Shown in pieces: positions 1 to 8,681 of a stretch of DNA of 61,323 nt. Made by a program: the position numbers and the translations under genes. The DNA comes from Planctomycetaceae bacterium (GTDB lineage: Bacteria > Planctomycetota > Planctomycetia > Pirellulales > UBA1268): the NCBI GenBank assembly GCA_046075685.1, contig JBJTQP010000191.1, positions 1 to 61,323 on the forward strand, in the 5' to 3' direction. How positions within the stretch are numbered: position 1 is the stretch's first letter; each line of letters opens with the position of its first letter. The notes below the pieces were generated by a model. The model was not told the DNA's origin, did not search any database, and was given only the letters and a program-made list of their open reading frames with translations.

Positions 1-102
1 TTCGTGGGTGTGAACCTCGCCGAGGATGGCCTGCCCGTCGAAGCCAGGATCTGTCCGCTGCTGCACGTGGCCACCGTCGAACCGCTTAGCACCGACGCTC
101 AT
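1..102 (-). CDS. Possible 5' end of a CDS running off the window (function unknown)
   Basis: A minus-strand ATG at 102..100 lies 24 nt downstream of the SDR stop. The hand translation is MSVGAKRFDGGHVQQRTDPGFDGQAILGEVHTHE, with no stop and GC-rich third positions. It is too short to assign. Confidence 0.3.
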   Translation of the reverse strand, partial: MSVGAKRFDGGHVQQRTDPGFDGQAILGEVHTHE

Positions 103-126
103 GCCGGCTGACGCGGCGCACTCCGG

Positions 127-894
127 TCACGCCCGGCGGAAGCCGCCGTTGACGGGCAGCACCTGGCCCGTCACGAAGCCCGCGGCCGGCGAAACGAGGA
201 AGTGCACGGCGTGGGCCACGTCTTCCGGAGTGCCCCAGCGGCCGAGCATGCTCTCGCGAACCGCCCGCCGCTGCCACTTCTCGCTGGCGTGCTCTCCCCA
301 CGAGGTCTTGATCCAGCCGGGAGCCACGCAGTTCACCCGCACCTTCGGGCCGAGCGAGCGGGCGGCACTCCGCGTAAACGCCATCACGGCCCCCTTGGTG
401 GCCGCGAACAGCTCGCCGCTGTCTCCCTCCATGCCCACGGCCGCCTGATCCCAGCCCATCATCACGATCGCCCCGCCCGCCCGGTCGGCCATCACGCGGC
501 CGAGGGCGCGCGCCAGCGCGATCGTGGCGACCACGTCGACCGCCAGCAGCGCGGCGAGCTTCCGCTCGAAGCTCCAGGCCGCCGCCGCGCCGGTGAGCAC
601 GTCGGCTCCGGCCACGAGCACCACGGTGTCGAGCGCCGGCAGCGCGGCGGCCACCTCGGCGGCGAGCCGGTCGGCTGCGGCCGCGTCGGCGAGGTCGGCG
701 AGAAACGTCCCTGCATGCGCCGGTCCGAGGGCGACGGCGACCTCGGCCGCCGCATCGGCGGAGCGGCCGTGGATGGCCACGCGGGCTCCAGCGGCGGCGA
801 GTTCGAGGGCCACCGCGCGACCGATGCCTCGCGTGGCACCCGTCACCAGGGCCGTGCGGCCCTCCAGGTCGACGTCCACAGCCGCATCGCTCAC
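127..894 (-). CDS. Short-chain dehydrogenase/reductase (SDR) fold protein, atypical active site
   Basis: The translation has the Rossmann motif ALVTGATRGIGRA and the SDR C-terminal pattern VRVNCVAPGWIKT. The GTG start at 894 overlaps the upstream stop as GTGA. The N-terminal part of the 430-aa ORF in the track overlaps the upstream gene and is rejected. Confidence 0.85.
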   Translation of the reverse strand: MSDAAVDVDLEGRTALVTGATRGIGRAVALELAAAGARVAIHGRSADAAAEVAVALGPAHAGTFLADLADAAAADRLAAEVAAALPALDTVVLVAGADVLTGAAAAWSFERKLAALLAVDVVATIALARALGRVMADRAGGAIVMMGWDQAAVGMEGDSGELFAATKGAVMAFTRSAARSLGPKVRVNCVAPGWIKTSWGEHASEKWQRRAVRESMLGRWGTPEDVAHAVHFLVSPAAGFVTGQVLPVNGGFRRA

Positions 895-2567
895 GGTGCG
901 GGCCCCCTGGCGGCCAGTGGCAGCCGGTAGCCGGCGGCCTCCTCCGCATTGCGAACGAGCAGCCGGTCGCCCACGAGGCACAGCGTGTTCCACGTCTGGC
1001 CCTCGATGGCCGCAAATCGCCCCAGCTCCTCGTGCCGCTCGGGCGTGCACCGCACCACCGCCACCTCGCCGCTCTCCGCCTGCACGAGCACGAGCCCGCC
1101 CACGCGGAGCACCTGGCCCTGCCCGTAGCGGCCGCGCTTCCACAGGGAGCGGCCGTCGGCCAGCGACACGCACTCGAGGATCCCGTCGGAAAGGCCGTAG
1201 GCATGGCCGTCGAGGATGGCGACGTTGGTGAACTTCGTCTTCAGGGCCGCCGGCTGGGACCACTCCTTCACGAACCCGCCCGTCGACTCCTCCGCAGCAG
1301 GAGCGGCGCGGCGGAACATCGCGGCCCCGACGCCGTAGCCCTTCGAGAGGAAGATGCGATCGCCGTCGAGCACGTGGGGCTGCGAGCAGGTGGCGTCGGA
1401 GTTGGAGTGACCAGGCCACTCGAACCGCCAGAGCTCTGCGCCCGTGCCGGGATCGTGGCCCGCCACGCTCGACTCGTTGACCGTGAGCACCAGCTCGCGA
1501 CCGCCGATGGTGGCCAGCTGCGGCGACACGTAGCTGATCTGCTCGCTGCCGCCGGTCCAGCGTCGCTCGCCGGTGACGCGGTCGTACGCCACGAGCGACA
1601 CCGCGGAGCCGTCCTGGAGCGGACCGCCGCCGGGCACGATCACGACCGCGTCGGTCACCAGCGGCGAGCCTGACCGTCCCCAGGTCACGGCCACGCCGTG
1701 GGCGGCCGGGTCGATGCCCAGATCATCGAGAACGTGGTTCTTCCACTGCACGCGGCCCGTAACGCCATCGATCGCGTGGAGCCAGCCGGTGGCACCGGTC
1801 GCGTACACCACGCCGCCCGCGATCGTGGGCGTGGACCGCGGGCCGACGCCGCCGAGCACCGTCTCATGGCGGCCCCGCACTCCCACCGTCCACTCGACCT
1901 CGCCCGTCGCGATCGACTGGCACGACACGACCTCGTCGTCGCCCCGCTGCTCGAGCGTCGCGGCATGATCCCCGCAGGTGGCGAAGCCGCTCCAGCCGCC
2001 GCCGATCGGCCGCCGCCAGAGCCGCTCGGGCGGCCGCGACGCCCATGCCGGGTCGAGGATCGGGCCCTCGAGCGAAGCCGATCCCTGCGGACCCAGGAAC
2101 CGGGAAAAATCACCGGGCGATTCGGTCCACGCCGCTCCGGCGACCGGCTCGGCGGCCGCCGACGGCACGCTCGGCAGCAGGCGGTCGCGGGACGGCCTCC
2201 AGCGGAACGCCAGTTCCGGAATGAGGTCGCCCGAAACCCGCTCGATGCGCAAGGCGGCACAAGCCAGCCCTATCGCAGCGAGCAGCCCGACCGCCACCGC
2301 CCGTTTGAGCCCCGGCGCGTGCCCGCTCTGAAACAGGAACCAGCTGAGCACCGCCATCAGGCCGGAGAAGGCGAGGATCAGCGTGATGATGTTCCGCACC
2401 GCGGCATCGACGATGCCGCCCACCACGGACTCGAGCAGGCCCATCCGCACCAGCGCCGTGGCGGCCGCCAGCGATGCCAGGGTGACGAACACCCGCGCCG
2501 GCGGCACCAGCGGCCGTGGAGCCGGGGATTTCGCGGGGGATTTTGCTGTGTGTCGACGGGAAGACAT
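891..2567 (-). CDS. PQQ-like beta-propeller repeat protein with N-terminal membrane segments
   Basis: This is a 558-aa ORF. It has repeated blade motifs (GGVVYATGATGWLHAIDGVTGRVQWK, LVAYDRVTGERRWT, VAGHDPGTGAELWRF, LECVSLADGRSLWK). Hydrophobic helices lie near the N-terminus. Confidence 0.8.
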   Translation of the reverse strand: MSSRRHTAKSPAKSPAPRPLVPPARVFVTLASLAAATALVRMGLLESVVGGIVDAAVRNIITLILAFSGLMAVLSWFLFQSGHAPGLKRAVAVGLLAAIGLACAALRIERVSGDLIPELAFRWRPSRDRLLPSVPSAAAEPVAGAAWTESPGDFSRFLGPQGSASLEGPILDPAWASRPPERLWRRPIGGGWSGFATCGDHAATLEQRGDDEVVSCQSIATGEVEWTVGVRGRHETVLGGVGPRSTPTIAGGVVYATGATGWLHAIDGVTGRVQWKNHVLDDLGIDPAAHGVAVTWGRSGSPLVTDAVVIVPGGGPLQDGSAVSLVAYDRVTGERRWTGGSEQISYVSPQLATIGGRELVLTVNESSVAGHDPGTGAELWRFEWPGHSNSDATCSQPHVLDGDRIFLSKGYGVGAAMFRRAAPAAEESTGGFVKEWSQPAALKTKFTNVAILDGHAYGLSDGILECVSLADGRSLWKRGRYGQGQVLRVGGLVLVQAESGEVAVVRCTPERHEELGRFAAIEGQTWNTLCLVGDRLLVRNAEEAAGYRLPLAARGPAP

Positions 2568-2649
2568 GACACACTTTTACTGGAAGAACCGCGGAGACGC
2601 GACTACACTCCCCGCACCACGTCCCCGCGGACGCCCGCAAGGATTCCGA

Positions 2650-3885
2650 ATGCTCACGACCAACGCCCCCGACCCGGCTCGGTCGTCCGCGTCCGGTGCA
2701 CCGTCCGCCCCGGCCCAGGGGCCGTCGACCGCCGCCGTGCACGCCGGCGAAGCCCGCCAAAAGCCCGGTCACTCGCTCACCGACCCGATCTTCGCGTCGA
2801 GCACCTACACCTTCACCGACACCAAGTCGATCATCGACTTCATCGAGGAGGATCACCCGCGCGAGGAATACGGCCGCTACGGCAACCCCGGCGAGCGGGT
2901 CGTGGAGCAGAAACTGGCGGCCCTCGAAGGGGGCGAGCAGGCCGTGCTGTTCTCGAGCGGGATGGCGGCCCTCGTCGGCCTGCTGATGGCGCACGTCAGC
3001 GCCGGCGACGAGATCGTGTTCTTCGACGAGTGCTACCACCGCAGCCGCGAGTTCTGCCGCAAGCACCTCACGCGGTTCGGCGTCGGCTTCCGCGAGGTGA
3101 AGACCTGCGACTACGACGCCATGGAGGCGGCGATCACGCCCAGGACGAGGTTCCTCGTCAGCGAGTCGCCCACCAATCCGCACCTCAGCGTGGTCGATGC
3201 CGAGCGGTTCGCCGACCTCGGCCGGCGGCGGGGCGTGTTCACGCTGATCGACGCCACGCTCTGCACGACCTACAACCTCAAGCCGCTCGCGGCCGGCGTC
3301 GACTTCGTGCTCCATTCGGCGACGAAGTATCTCGGCGGCCACAACGACCTGCTCGCCGGGGCCGTGATCGGCCGCGCCGAACTGATGGAGCCCGTGCGAA
3401 ACCTCCGCGGGATCATGGGGGGCGTGAACTCGCCCCACAACGCCTACCTGCTGGAGCGGGGCCTCAAGACGCTCGCCCTGCGGATGGAACGGCACAACGC
3501 CAACGGTCTCGCCGTGGCCCGGTTCCTCGAGGGGCACCCGCGGGTGGAGCGGGTGCTCTACCCGGGGCTCGCGAGCCATCCCTTCCACGACGTCGCCGCC
3601 CGCACGATGCGGGGCTGCGGCGGACTGGTCACCTTCTTCATCAAGGATGCCGACTGGCGGCGGACGGCCGACGTGATCGACGCCGTGAAGATCCCCCGCA
3701 TCGGGCCGAGCCTCGGCGGCGTGGAGTCGCTGATCGAGCAGCCGCTGGTGATGAGCTACTGGAACTATTCGCCGCAGGAGCGGCAGGCCTTCCGGATCCC
3801 CGACACCATGATCCGCATGGCCTGCGGCATCGAGGATGCCGCCGACCTGATCGCCGACCTCGCCCAGGCCCTCGACCGCACGTAG
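2650..3885 (+). CDS. Cys/Met-metabolism PLP-dependent enzyme (cystathionine gamma-synthase/lyase family)
   Basis: It has the PLP-lysine motif HSATKYLGGHND and family-typical segments (DPIFASSTYTF, ESPTNPHL). I chose the ATG at 2650, which is preceded by aaggat. The longer ORF start at 2383 would overlap the divergent upstream gene. Confidence 0.9.
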   Translation: MLTTNAPDPARSSASGAPSAPAQGPSTAAVHAGEARQKPGHSLTDPIFASSTYTFTDTKSIIDFIEEDHPREEYGRYGNPGERVVEQKLAALEGGEQAVLFSSGMAALVGLLMAHVSAGDEIVFFDECYHRSREFCRKHLTRFGVGFREVKTCDYDAMEAAITPRTRFLVSESPTNPHLSVVDAERFADLGRRRGVFTLIDATLCTTYNLKPLAAGVDFVLHSATKYLGGHNDLLAGAVIGRAELMEPVRNLRGIMGGVNSPHNAYLLERGLKTLALRMERHNANGLAVARFLEGHPRVERVLYPGLASHPFHDVAARTMRGCGGLVTFFIKDADWRRTADVIDAVKIPRIGPSLGGVESLIEQPLVMSYWNYSPQERQAFRIPDTMIRMACGIEDAADLIADLAQALDRT

Positions 3886-3912
3886 CCGCCCGCCCGGCGG
3901 CGGAGGCTTTCG

Positions 3913-5055
3913 ATGCAGTTCCGCACCCGCGCCATCCACGTCGGCCAGGCGCACGACCCGGCCACCGGGGCCGTCGTGCCGCCGATCCACCTGGCGAGCA
4001 CGTTCGTGCAGCCCGACGCCTCGATGACGGCGGCCTACGACTACGCCCGCACGGGCAGCCCCACGCGGCACGCCTTCGAGAAGACGCTCGCCGACCTCGA
4101 CGGCGGCGTGCGGGCGCTCGCCTTCGCGTCGGGCATGGCAGCCACGCACTGTGCCACGCTCCTGCTCGCCCCCGGCGACGAGATCGTGACCGGCACCGAC
4201 ATCTACGGCGGCACCTGGCGGCTCTTCAACCGCGTGCTCGCCGAGCGGGGCATCGCGGTGACCGCCGTGAACACGGCCGACACGGCCGCCGTGGCCCGCG
4301 CGGTGGGGCCGAAGACGAAGCTCGTGTGGGTGGAGTCGCCCGGCAACCCGCTGCTCACGATCACCGACATCGCGGCCTGGGCCGAAATCGCCCATGCGGC
4401 CGGCGCCCTGCTCGCCTGCGACGCCACGCTCACCACGCCCGCGCTCTTGCGGCCGCTGGAACTGGGCGCCGACATCGTGATGCACTCCGCCACGAAGTCG
4501 ATCGGCGGGCACAGCGACCTGCTCGGCGGGGCGCTCGTGGTCCGCGACGCCGACCTTGGCACGCGGCTCCACTGGCTGCAGAACGCGACCGGCGCGGTGA
4601 TGGGGCCGCTCGAGGCCTTCCTCTGCTCCCGCGGTCTCAAGACGCTCGAGCTCCGGGTGCTCGCCCAGTCGGCCACCGCCCTGCGGCTCGCGGAGTGGCT
4701 CGTCGAGCATCCCGCGGTCGAGAAGGTGCACTATCCCGGTCTCGCGAGCCATCCTGGCCACGACCTGGCGATGCGGCAGATGTCGGCCGGCGGCACGATC
4801 GTGAGCTTCGAGGTGCGGGGCTCGGTGGCAGAGGCCCGCCGCGTGGTCGAGTCGACCGGGCTCTTCCAACTCGCCGTCAGCCTCGGGGCGGTGGAGTCGC
4901 TGATCGAGATTCCGGCCGTGATGTCGCACGGCTCCTACGCCCCGGAGGCCCGCCGGGCCGTGGGGATCGCCGACGGCCTGATCCGGCTCTCCGTGGGCCT
5001 CGAGGCCTATGAGGACCTCCGCGACGACCTGGCTTCCGCACTGCCCCGCGGCTGA
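3913..5055 (+). CDS. Cys/Met-metabolism PLP-dependent enzyme (cystathionine gamma-lyase/beta-lyase-like paralog)
   Basis: The 380-aa translation begins MQFRTRAIHVGQ and has the PLP-lysine motif HSATKSIGGHSD and ESPGNPLL. It lies 27 nt downstream of its paralog. Confidence 0.9.
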   Translation: MQFRTRAIHVGQAHDPATGAVVPPIHLASTFVQPDASMTAAYDYARTGSPTRHAFEKTLADLDGGVRALAFASGMAATHCATLLLAPGDEIVTGTDIYGGTWRLFNRVLAERGIAVTAVNTADTAAVARAVGPKTKLVWVESPGNPLLTITDIAAWAEIAHAAGALLACDATLTTPALLRPLELGADIVMHSATKSIGGHSDLLGGALVVRDADLGTRLHWLQNATGAVMGPLEAFLCSRGLKTLELRVLAQSATALRLAEWLVEHPAVEKVHYPGLASHPGHDLAMRQMSAGGTIVSFEVRGSVAEARRVVESTGLFQLAVSLGAVESLIEIPAVMSHGSYAPEARRAVGIADGLIRLSVGLEAYEDLRDDLASALPRG

Positions 5056-5194
5056 CGCGCCGCGGCAAGCTGGGAAAACCCTGACGGTCGCGTGAACTTT
5101 GCTGAAAGTTCCGGATCTACGGATGCCGATACCGATTTTGATCGAGCAGAGTCTGCCGGCCCCGGGCCGACGGACCAACGAACCGGAGGTTGGC

Positions 5195-7075
5195 ATGAAC
5201 ACGACTCGCATTCGCCGCGCCGTCCCGCTGGCCATAGCCCTCACGGCCGTGGCCGCCACCGGAGGCATCGCGGCCGAGTCATCACTGAAGTGGACGCCCC
5301 ATCGTGATGCCGCCGCGACAGCCGGGCCGCAGGCCGACGCTCCCGCGGCGCTGCAGCCAACGCCCACGGCGCAGCCCGATCCAGCCCCACAGACCGCGGC
5401 TGGTGCACGTCAGCCTGCCGTTCCGGCGGCCGCTCCGGCCGCCGTCATCCTGCCCGACGAGGTGCCTCGGCCGGCGATGCCGCCGGCTCGCCAGCAGTCC
5501 GTGCGGCCGCGGTCCGCGTCGCGACCCGCCAGCCCGACCACCGAGCGACCCGCCTCACAACTGCTCCGCGCGCTGGGCGGCGACGATCCTTCGACCGTGT
5601 TCGGGCTCTCGATGCGGACGCCTCAGGGCGACGCAACGCGGCGAATCCTCGCGGCCGAAGGCACGCAGGCGGTGGCCATGGAGCGACGGGCGGAGGCGAT
5701 CGAACTGACGGCCGCGAACGAGCGGCTCGGCGGCGGCCTGGCCCCACGGTACCAGGCCACTCCCGGACCGCGTCCCCGCATCGAGCGCATCGCCATGAAC
5801 GCCGACGGCCTGCCGTCGGTGATGACGCAGGCCCAGCGGGCCCAGGTGGGCGGCCTCGACGACTCCCAGGTGCCGAGCCGGGCGCCGACGACCGCCGCCG
5901 CACCGCCGGCGAAGCCGGGCGAGTCTTTGCCTGCACCGTCGTCCGCCCCGTCGGCGATGGACGAGCAGCCGCTGAGCATCGATTCCTTCGAGCCGGGCAT
6001 GGGCGAGCCGGGGATGGACATGGATCCCACGCTGGGCGGAGGCATGCCCATGGGCCAAGACGGCTCCATGATGGGCGGGGACGGCGGCCTGCTCATGGGC
6101 GACTATCCCACGCAGCTCCATGTGGAATCGTTCTACGACGATCCCTACGCCTGTGAGGACGAGGACCCGCTCTGCCATCACAGCGGCCGCTTCTGCAGCT
6201 GGCTGCGACGGTTCGGCAAGCCCTATTACGGCTGGCGGTGGTATCGCGACTTCACGGCCAGCGCGGGCGTGACCGCCTTCACCAACGACACCAACCTCTG
6301 CATCCACGGAAACTTCGGCACCAACGAATACCTCAACTGGGCGATGCCCTTCTGGAATGCCTTCGGCATCGGCTGGCAGGTGGGCTGGAGGGGCACGCAG
6401 ACCAACTTCCAGCCGGCGACGCTCACGGCGAACGGCACGACCTTCACCAAGAACGCCCGCGACCAGAACTTCGTGACCACCGGCTTCTTCACCCGGGCCT
6501 TCGAGGGTCGCGGCCTGCAGGGCGGAGCGGTGTACGACTACCTCTCCGACAGCTGGCTCGACAATGCCGACATCGCGCAGATCCGGGCCGAGATCAGCTA
6601 CGTCTGGGGCTACCACGAGATCGGGTTCTGGGGCGCGACCAACATCTACGACCAAAACGGCTCGCTCGGCCGCCGCAGCCGGATCGCCGGCACCGCCAGC
6701 ACGGTGGACCTCTACACCGGCTTCTACCGGCTGCAGTTCGGCGATGCGAACGAGTGGAAGGTGTGGGGCGGCGGCACCGGCGACGGCGAGGGCATCGTGG
6801 GCTCGCTGCTCCGGGCACCGCTGTCGCGATCCTTCGCCATGGAGGGCACGTTCACCTACTTGATCCCCGGCCAGACCCGCTCGATCGACATCAGTGGCTC
6901 GGGCGTGACGAGCAACTTCTCGCCCGCCGCGTGGAACGTCGGCCTGAACGTCGTCTACTATCCTGCCGGTCGCTCGCGGCGGGGCCTCGCCAGCCCGTAC
7001 CGGCCGCTGTTCGAGGTGGCCGACAACGGCTCGATGATCCGGCAGTTCGACGTCACGCGGCCGAAGAAGCCCTGA
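5195..7075 (+). CDS. Secreted hypothetical protein with a Pro/Ala-rich linker, a Met/Gly-rich segment and an aromatic/Gly-rich C-terminal domain (possible outer-membrane protein)
   Basis: The ATG at 5195 is preceded by ggaggttggc. The signal-like N-terminus is MNTTRIRRAVPLAIALTAVAATGG. The C-terminal ~330 aa are rich in W/Y/F/G/N/T (GWRWYRDFTASAGVTAFTNDTN...). No family was recognised with confidence. Confidence 0.7.
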   Translation: MNTTRIRRAVPLAIALTAVAATGGIAAESSLKWTPHRDAAATAGPQADAPAALQPTPTAQPDPAPQTAAGARQPAVPAAAPAAVILPDEVPRPAMPPARQQSVRPRSASRPASPTTERPASQLLRALGGDDPSTVFGLSMRTPQGDATRRILAAEGTQAVAMERRAEAIELTAANERLGGGLAPRYQATPGPRPRIERIAMNADGLPSVMTQAQRAQVGGLDDSQVPSRAPTTAAAPPAKPGESLPAPSSAPSAMDEQPLSIDSFEPGMGEPGMDMDPTLGGGMPMGQDGSMMGGDGGLLMGDYPTQLHVESFYDDPYACEDEDPLCHHSGRFCSWLRRFGKPYYGWRWYRDFTASAGVTAFTNDTNLCIHGNFGTNEYLNWAMPFWNAFGIGWQVGWRGTQTNFQPATLTANGTTFTKNARDQNFVTTGFFTRAFEGRGLQGGAVYDYLSDSWLDNADIAQIRAEISYVWGYHEIGFWGATNIYDQNGSLGRRSRIAGTASTVDLYTGFYRLQFGDANEWKVWGGGTGDGEGIVGSLLRAPLSRSFAMEGTFTYLIPGQTRSIDISGSGVTSNFSPAAWNVGLNVVYYPAGRSRRGLASPYRPLFEVADNGSMIRQFDVTRPKKP

Positions 7076-7247
7076 TCGCCCGCCGCAGCGACTGCACAGG
7101 CCGCCGGCGGCCCGCTCCCCGGCCGCCGGGAGCGCGAGCCTGCCGCGAAGCAGCTGATTCGTGTATCCTCGGGCTCCTTGAGGGGCGCTGCCTGGAGGCC
7201 TGGGCGCCTTCGCCGCCTCCCCTGCCGTACCCGAGGAAACCTTCATC

Positions 7248-8603
7248 ATGGCCGACCAGAATCACGACCCCTGGGCATCCTTGGCCGAATCGCTCGGCGC
7301 CACTCCATCCGCCGAGCCGGTGCGGCCTTCCACCACCCCGCCGTCGCGCCAGGCACCTCCGCGAGCCCGCCAACCAGAGCGGCCGAAGCCTGCCACGGGC
7401 TCGTCCGGCGACTGGGAGCAGCTTGCCTCGGACCTCGGTGTCTCGGGGTCGGAGCCCCGGCCAGCCGCCGCTCGGGCGGCCACTCAGCAGCCCACTCACG
7501 CGGCCGCACCCCACGCTCGTCCGGCCGCCTCCGACGACCGGCGGCCTGCCGGTGAGGATCGAGAGCCCGTTGGCGGTCGCAGACCGCCGGAAGATGCCGC
7601 TCCACGACGCGAACGGCGGCCGAGGCCCGACGCGGACGCGGACGGCGGCGACCTCGCACCGGCGCATGGCGATGGCGGCAGTGACCGCAGCGCAGGCGGC
7701 TCGGACGAAGACGGTGAGCGGCGCGGCCGCCGCCGTCGTCGCGGGCGACGCGGGGGCCGGGGCCGGGGCCAGCGCGAGGGCGAGCGGCCCGCATCCCGGT
7801 CCGATGCCGACGGCGGCCGCCGGGCGGCGGATTCGCATGATGGCCCCCGCGACGAGCGGACCGGGTCATGGGATCGCGACGAGCGTTCCTCCATCGAGGA
7901 GCGGGAGCCTGCAGACCTGCCGCTGGACGGCGCAGCCGATCAGCGCGACGAGGCCCCTCACGGCGAAGGCGGGGACGACGAATCCCGGCCGCGTCGCCGC
8001 CGTCGCGGCCGCCGCGGCGGTCGCGGCCGCCGCCGATCGGCCGATGCCGCGGAACGGCCGGATGGTGCCGCAGAGCCCGCGGCTCGTGCCACCCCGTCCG
8101 CTGACGACGCCGATGAGCCGGTGCCAACCTCGTATGGCATGCGACCTCGGACGGCGGATCCACAGCGGACCGAGGGAACGCGATCGGGAGAGCCCAAGGA
8201 GGAGGGCGAGCGTCGGGGACGGCGCCGCCGCCGCCGTGGCGAGGGTCGATCCCGGAGCGAAGGAGATGCCGGCGGTCGCGAGTCGGGCCGCTCGCGATCC
8301 CGCAGCCGCAGCGGCCGACGCTCCGGCGAAGGCCGGTCGTCGTCCTTCTCGCGGAGCCGCCGCGACGACTTCGCCCCCGTCGCCGGACGACATGAGGACG
8401 ACGAGGGGCTCGAGTTCCTCGGCGTCGAGGAGGCGAGCCAGGATCCACCCCGTCGCCGGGCGGCGGAGGACGAAGACATCCTCGTCGAAAGCGGGCTCAA
8501 CACCGTGCTCGACGTGCCCAGCTGGGTGGAGGCCATCGGCATCGTGATCGCCGGCAACCTCGACGCCCGCGCCCGGGGTCGCGGAGGCGACAAGAACCGC
8601 TGA
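7248..8603 (+). CDS. Low-complexity Arg/Gly/Ser/Asp/Glu-rich protein (RGG and RS repeats) with a short ordered C-terminus
   Basis: The ATG is preceded by gaggaaacc. The N- and C-terminal parts show a normal coding pattern. Internal tracts include RRRRRGRRGGRGRGQ, RRRRRGRRGGRGRRR and SGRSRSRSRSGRRSG. The C-terminal segment is ILVESGLNTVLDVPSWVEAIGIVIAGNLDAR. Confidence 0.55.
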   Translation: MADQNHDPWASLAESLGATPSAEPVRPSTTPPSRQAPPRARQPERPKPATGSSGDWEQLASDLGVSGSEPRPAAARAATQQPTHAAAPHARPAASDDRRPAGEDREPVGGRRPPEDAAPRRERRPRPDADADGGDLAPAHGDGGSDRSAGGSDEDGERRGRRRRRGRRGGRGRGQREGERPASRSDADGGRRAADSHDGPRDERTGSWDRDERSSIEEREPADLPLDGAADQRDEAPHGEGGDDESRPRRRRRGRRGGRGRRRSADAAERPDGAAEPAARATPSADDADEPVPTSYGMRPRTADPQRTEGTRSGEPKEEGERRGRRRRRRGEGRSRSEGDAGGRESGRSRSRSRSGRRSGEGRSSSFSRSRRDDFAPVAGRHEDDEGLEFLGVEEASQDPPRRRAAEDEDILVESGLNTVLDVPSWVEAIGIVIAGNLDARARGRGGDKNR

Positions 8604-8681
8604 GCCGGCAGAAGCCCTACGCCGGCAGGAACCCTGACCCGGCATGACACTGGGCCAACGGAAACGGCCCGGGTGGGGCGG

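Noticed and set aside
2568-2649. A possible SAM/Met riboswitch upstream of the trans-sulfuration genes.
   Set aside because: Only 82 nt are available. It contains small hairpins (cgcg-gaga-cgcg), but I could not recognise a SAM-riboswitch core. A covariance-model scan would be needed to settle it.
1698-5367. Very long ORFs 1698..5012 (+, 1104 aa) and 2110..5367 (-, 1085 aa).
   Set aside because: Their translations are Arg/Pro/Gly/His-rich with no motifs. They overlap three genes that have clear family signatures (the PQQ propeller and the two PLP enzymes). They are typical shadow frames of ~70% GC DNA.
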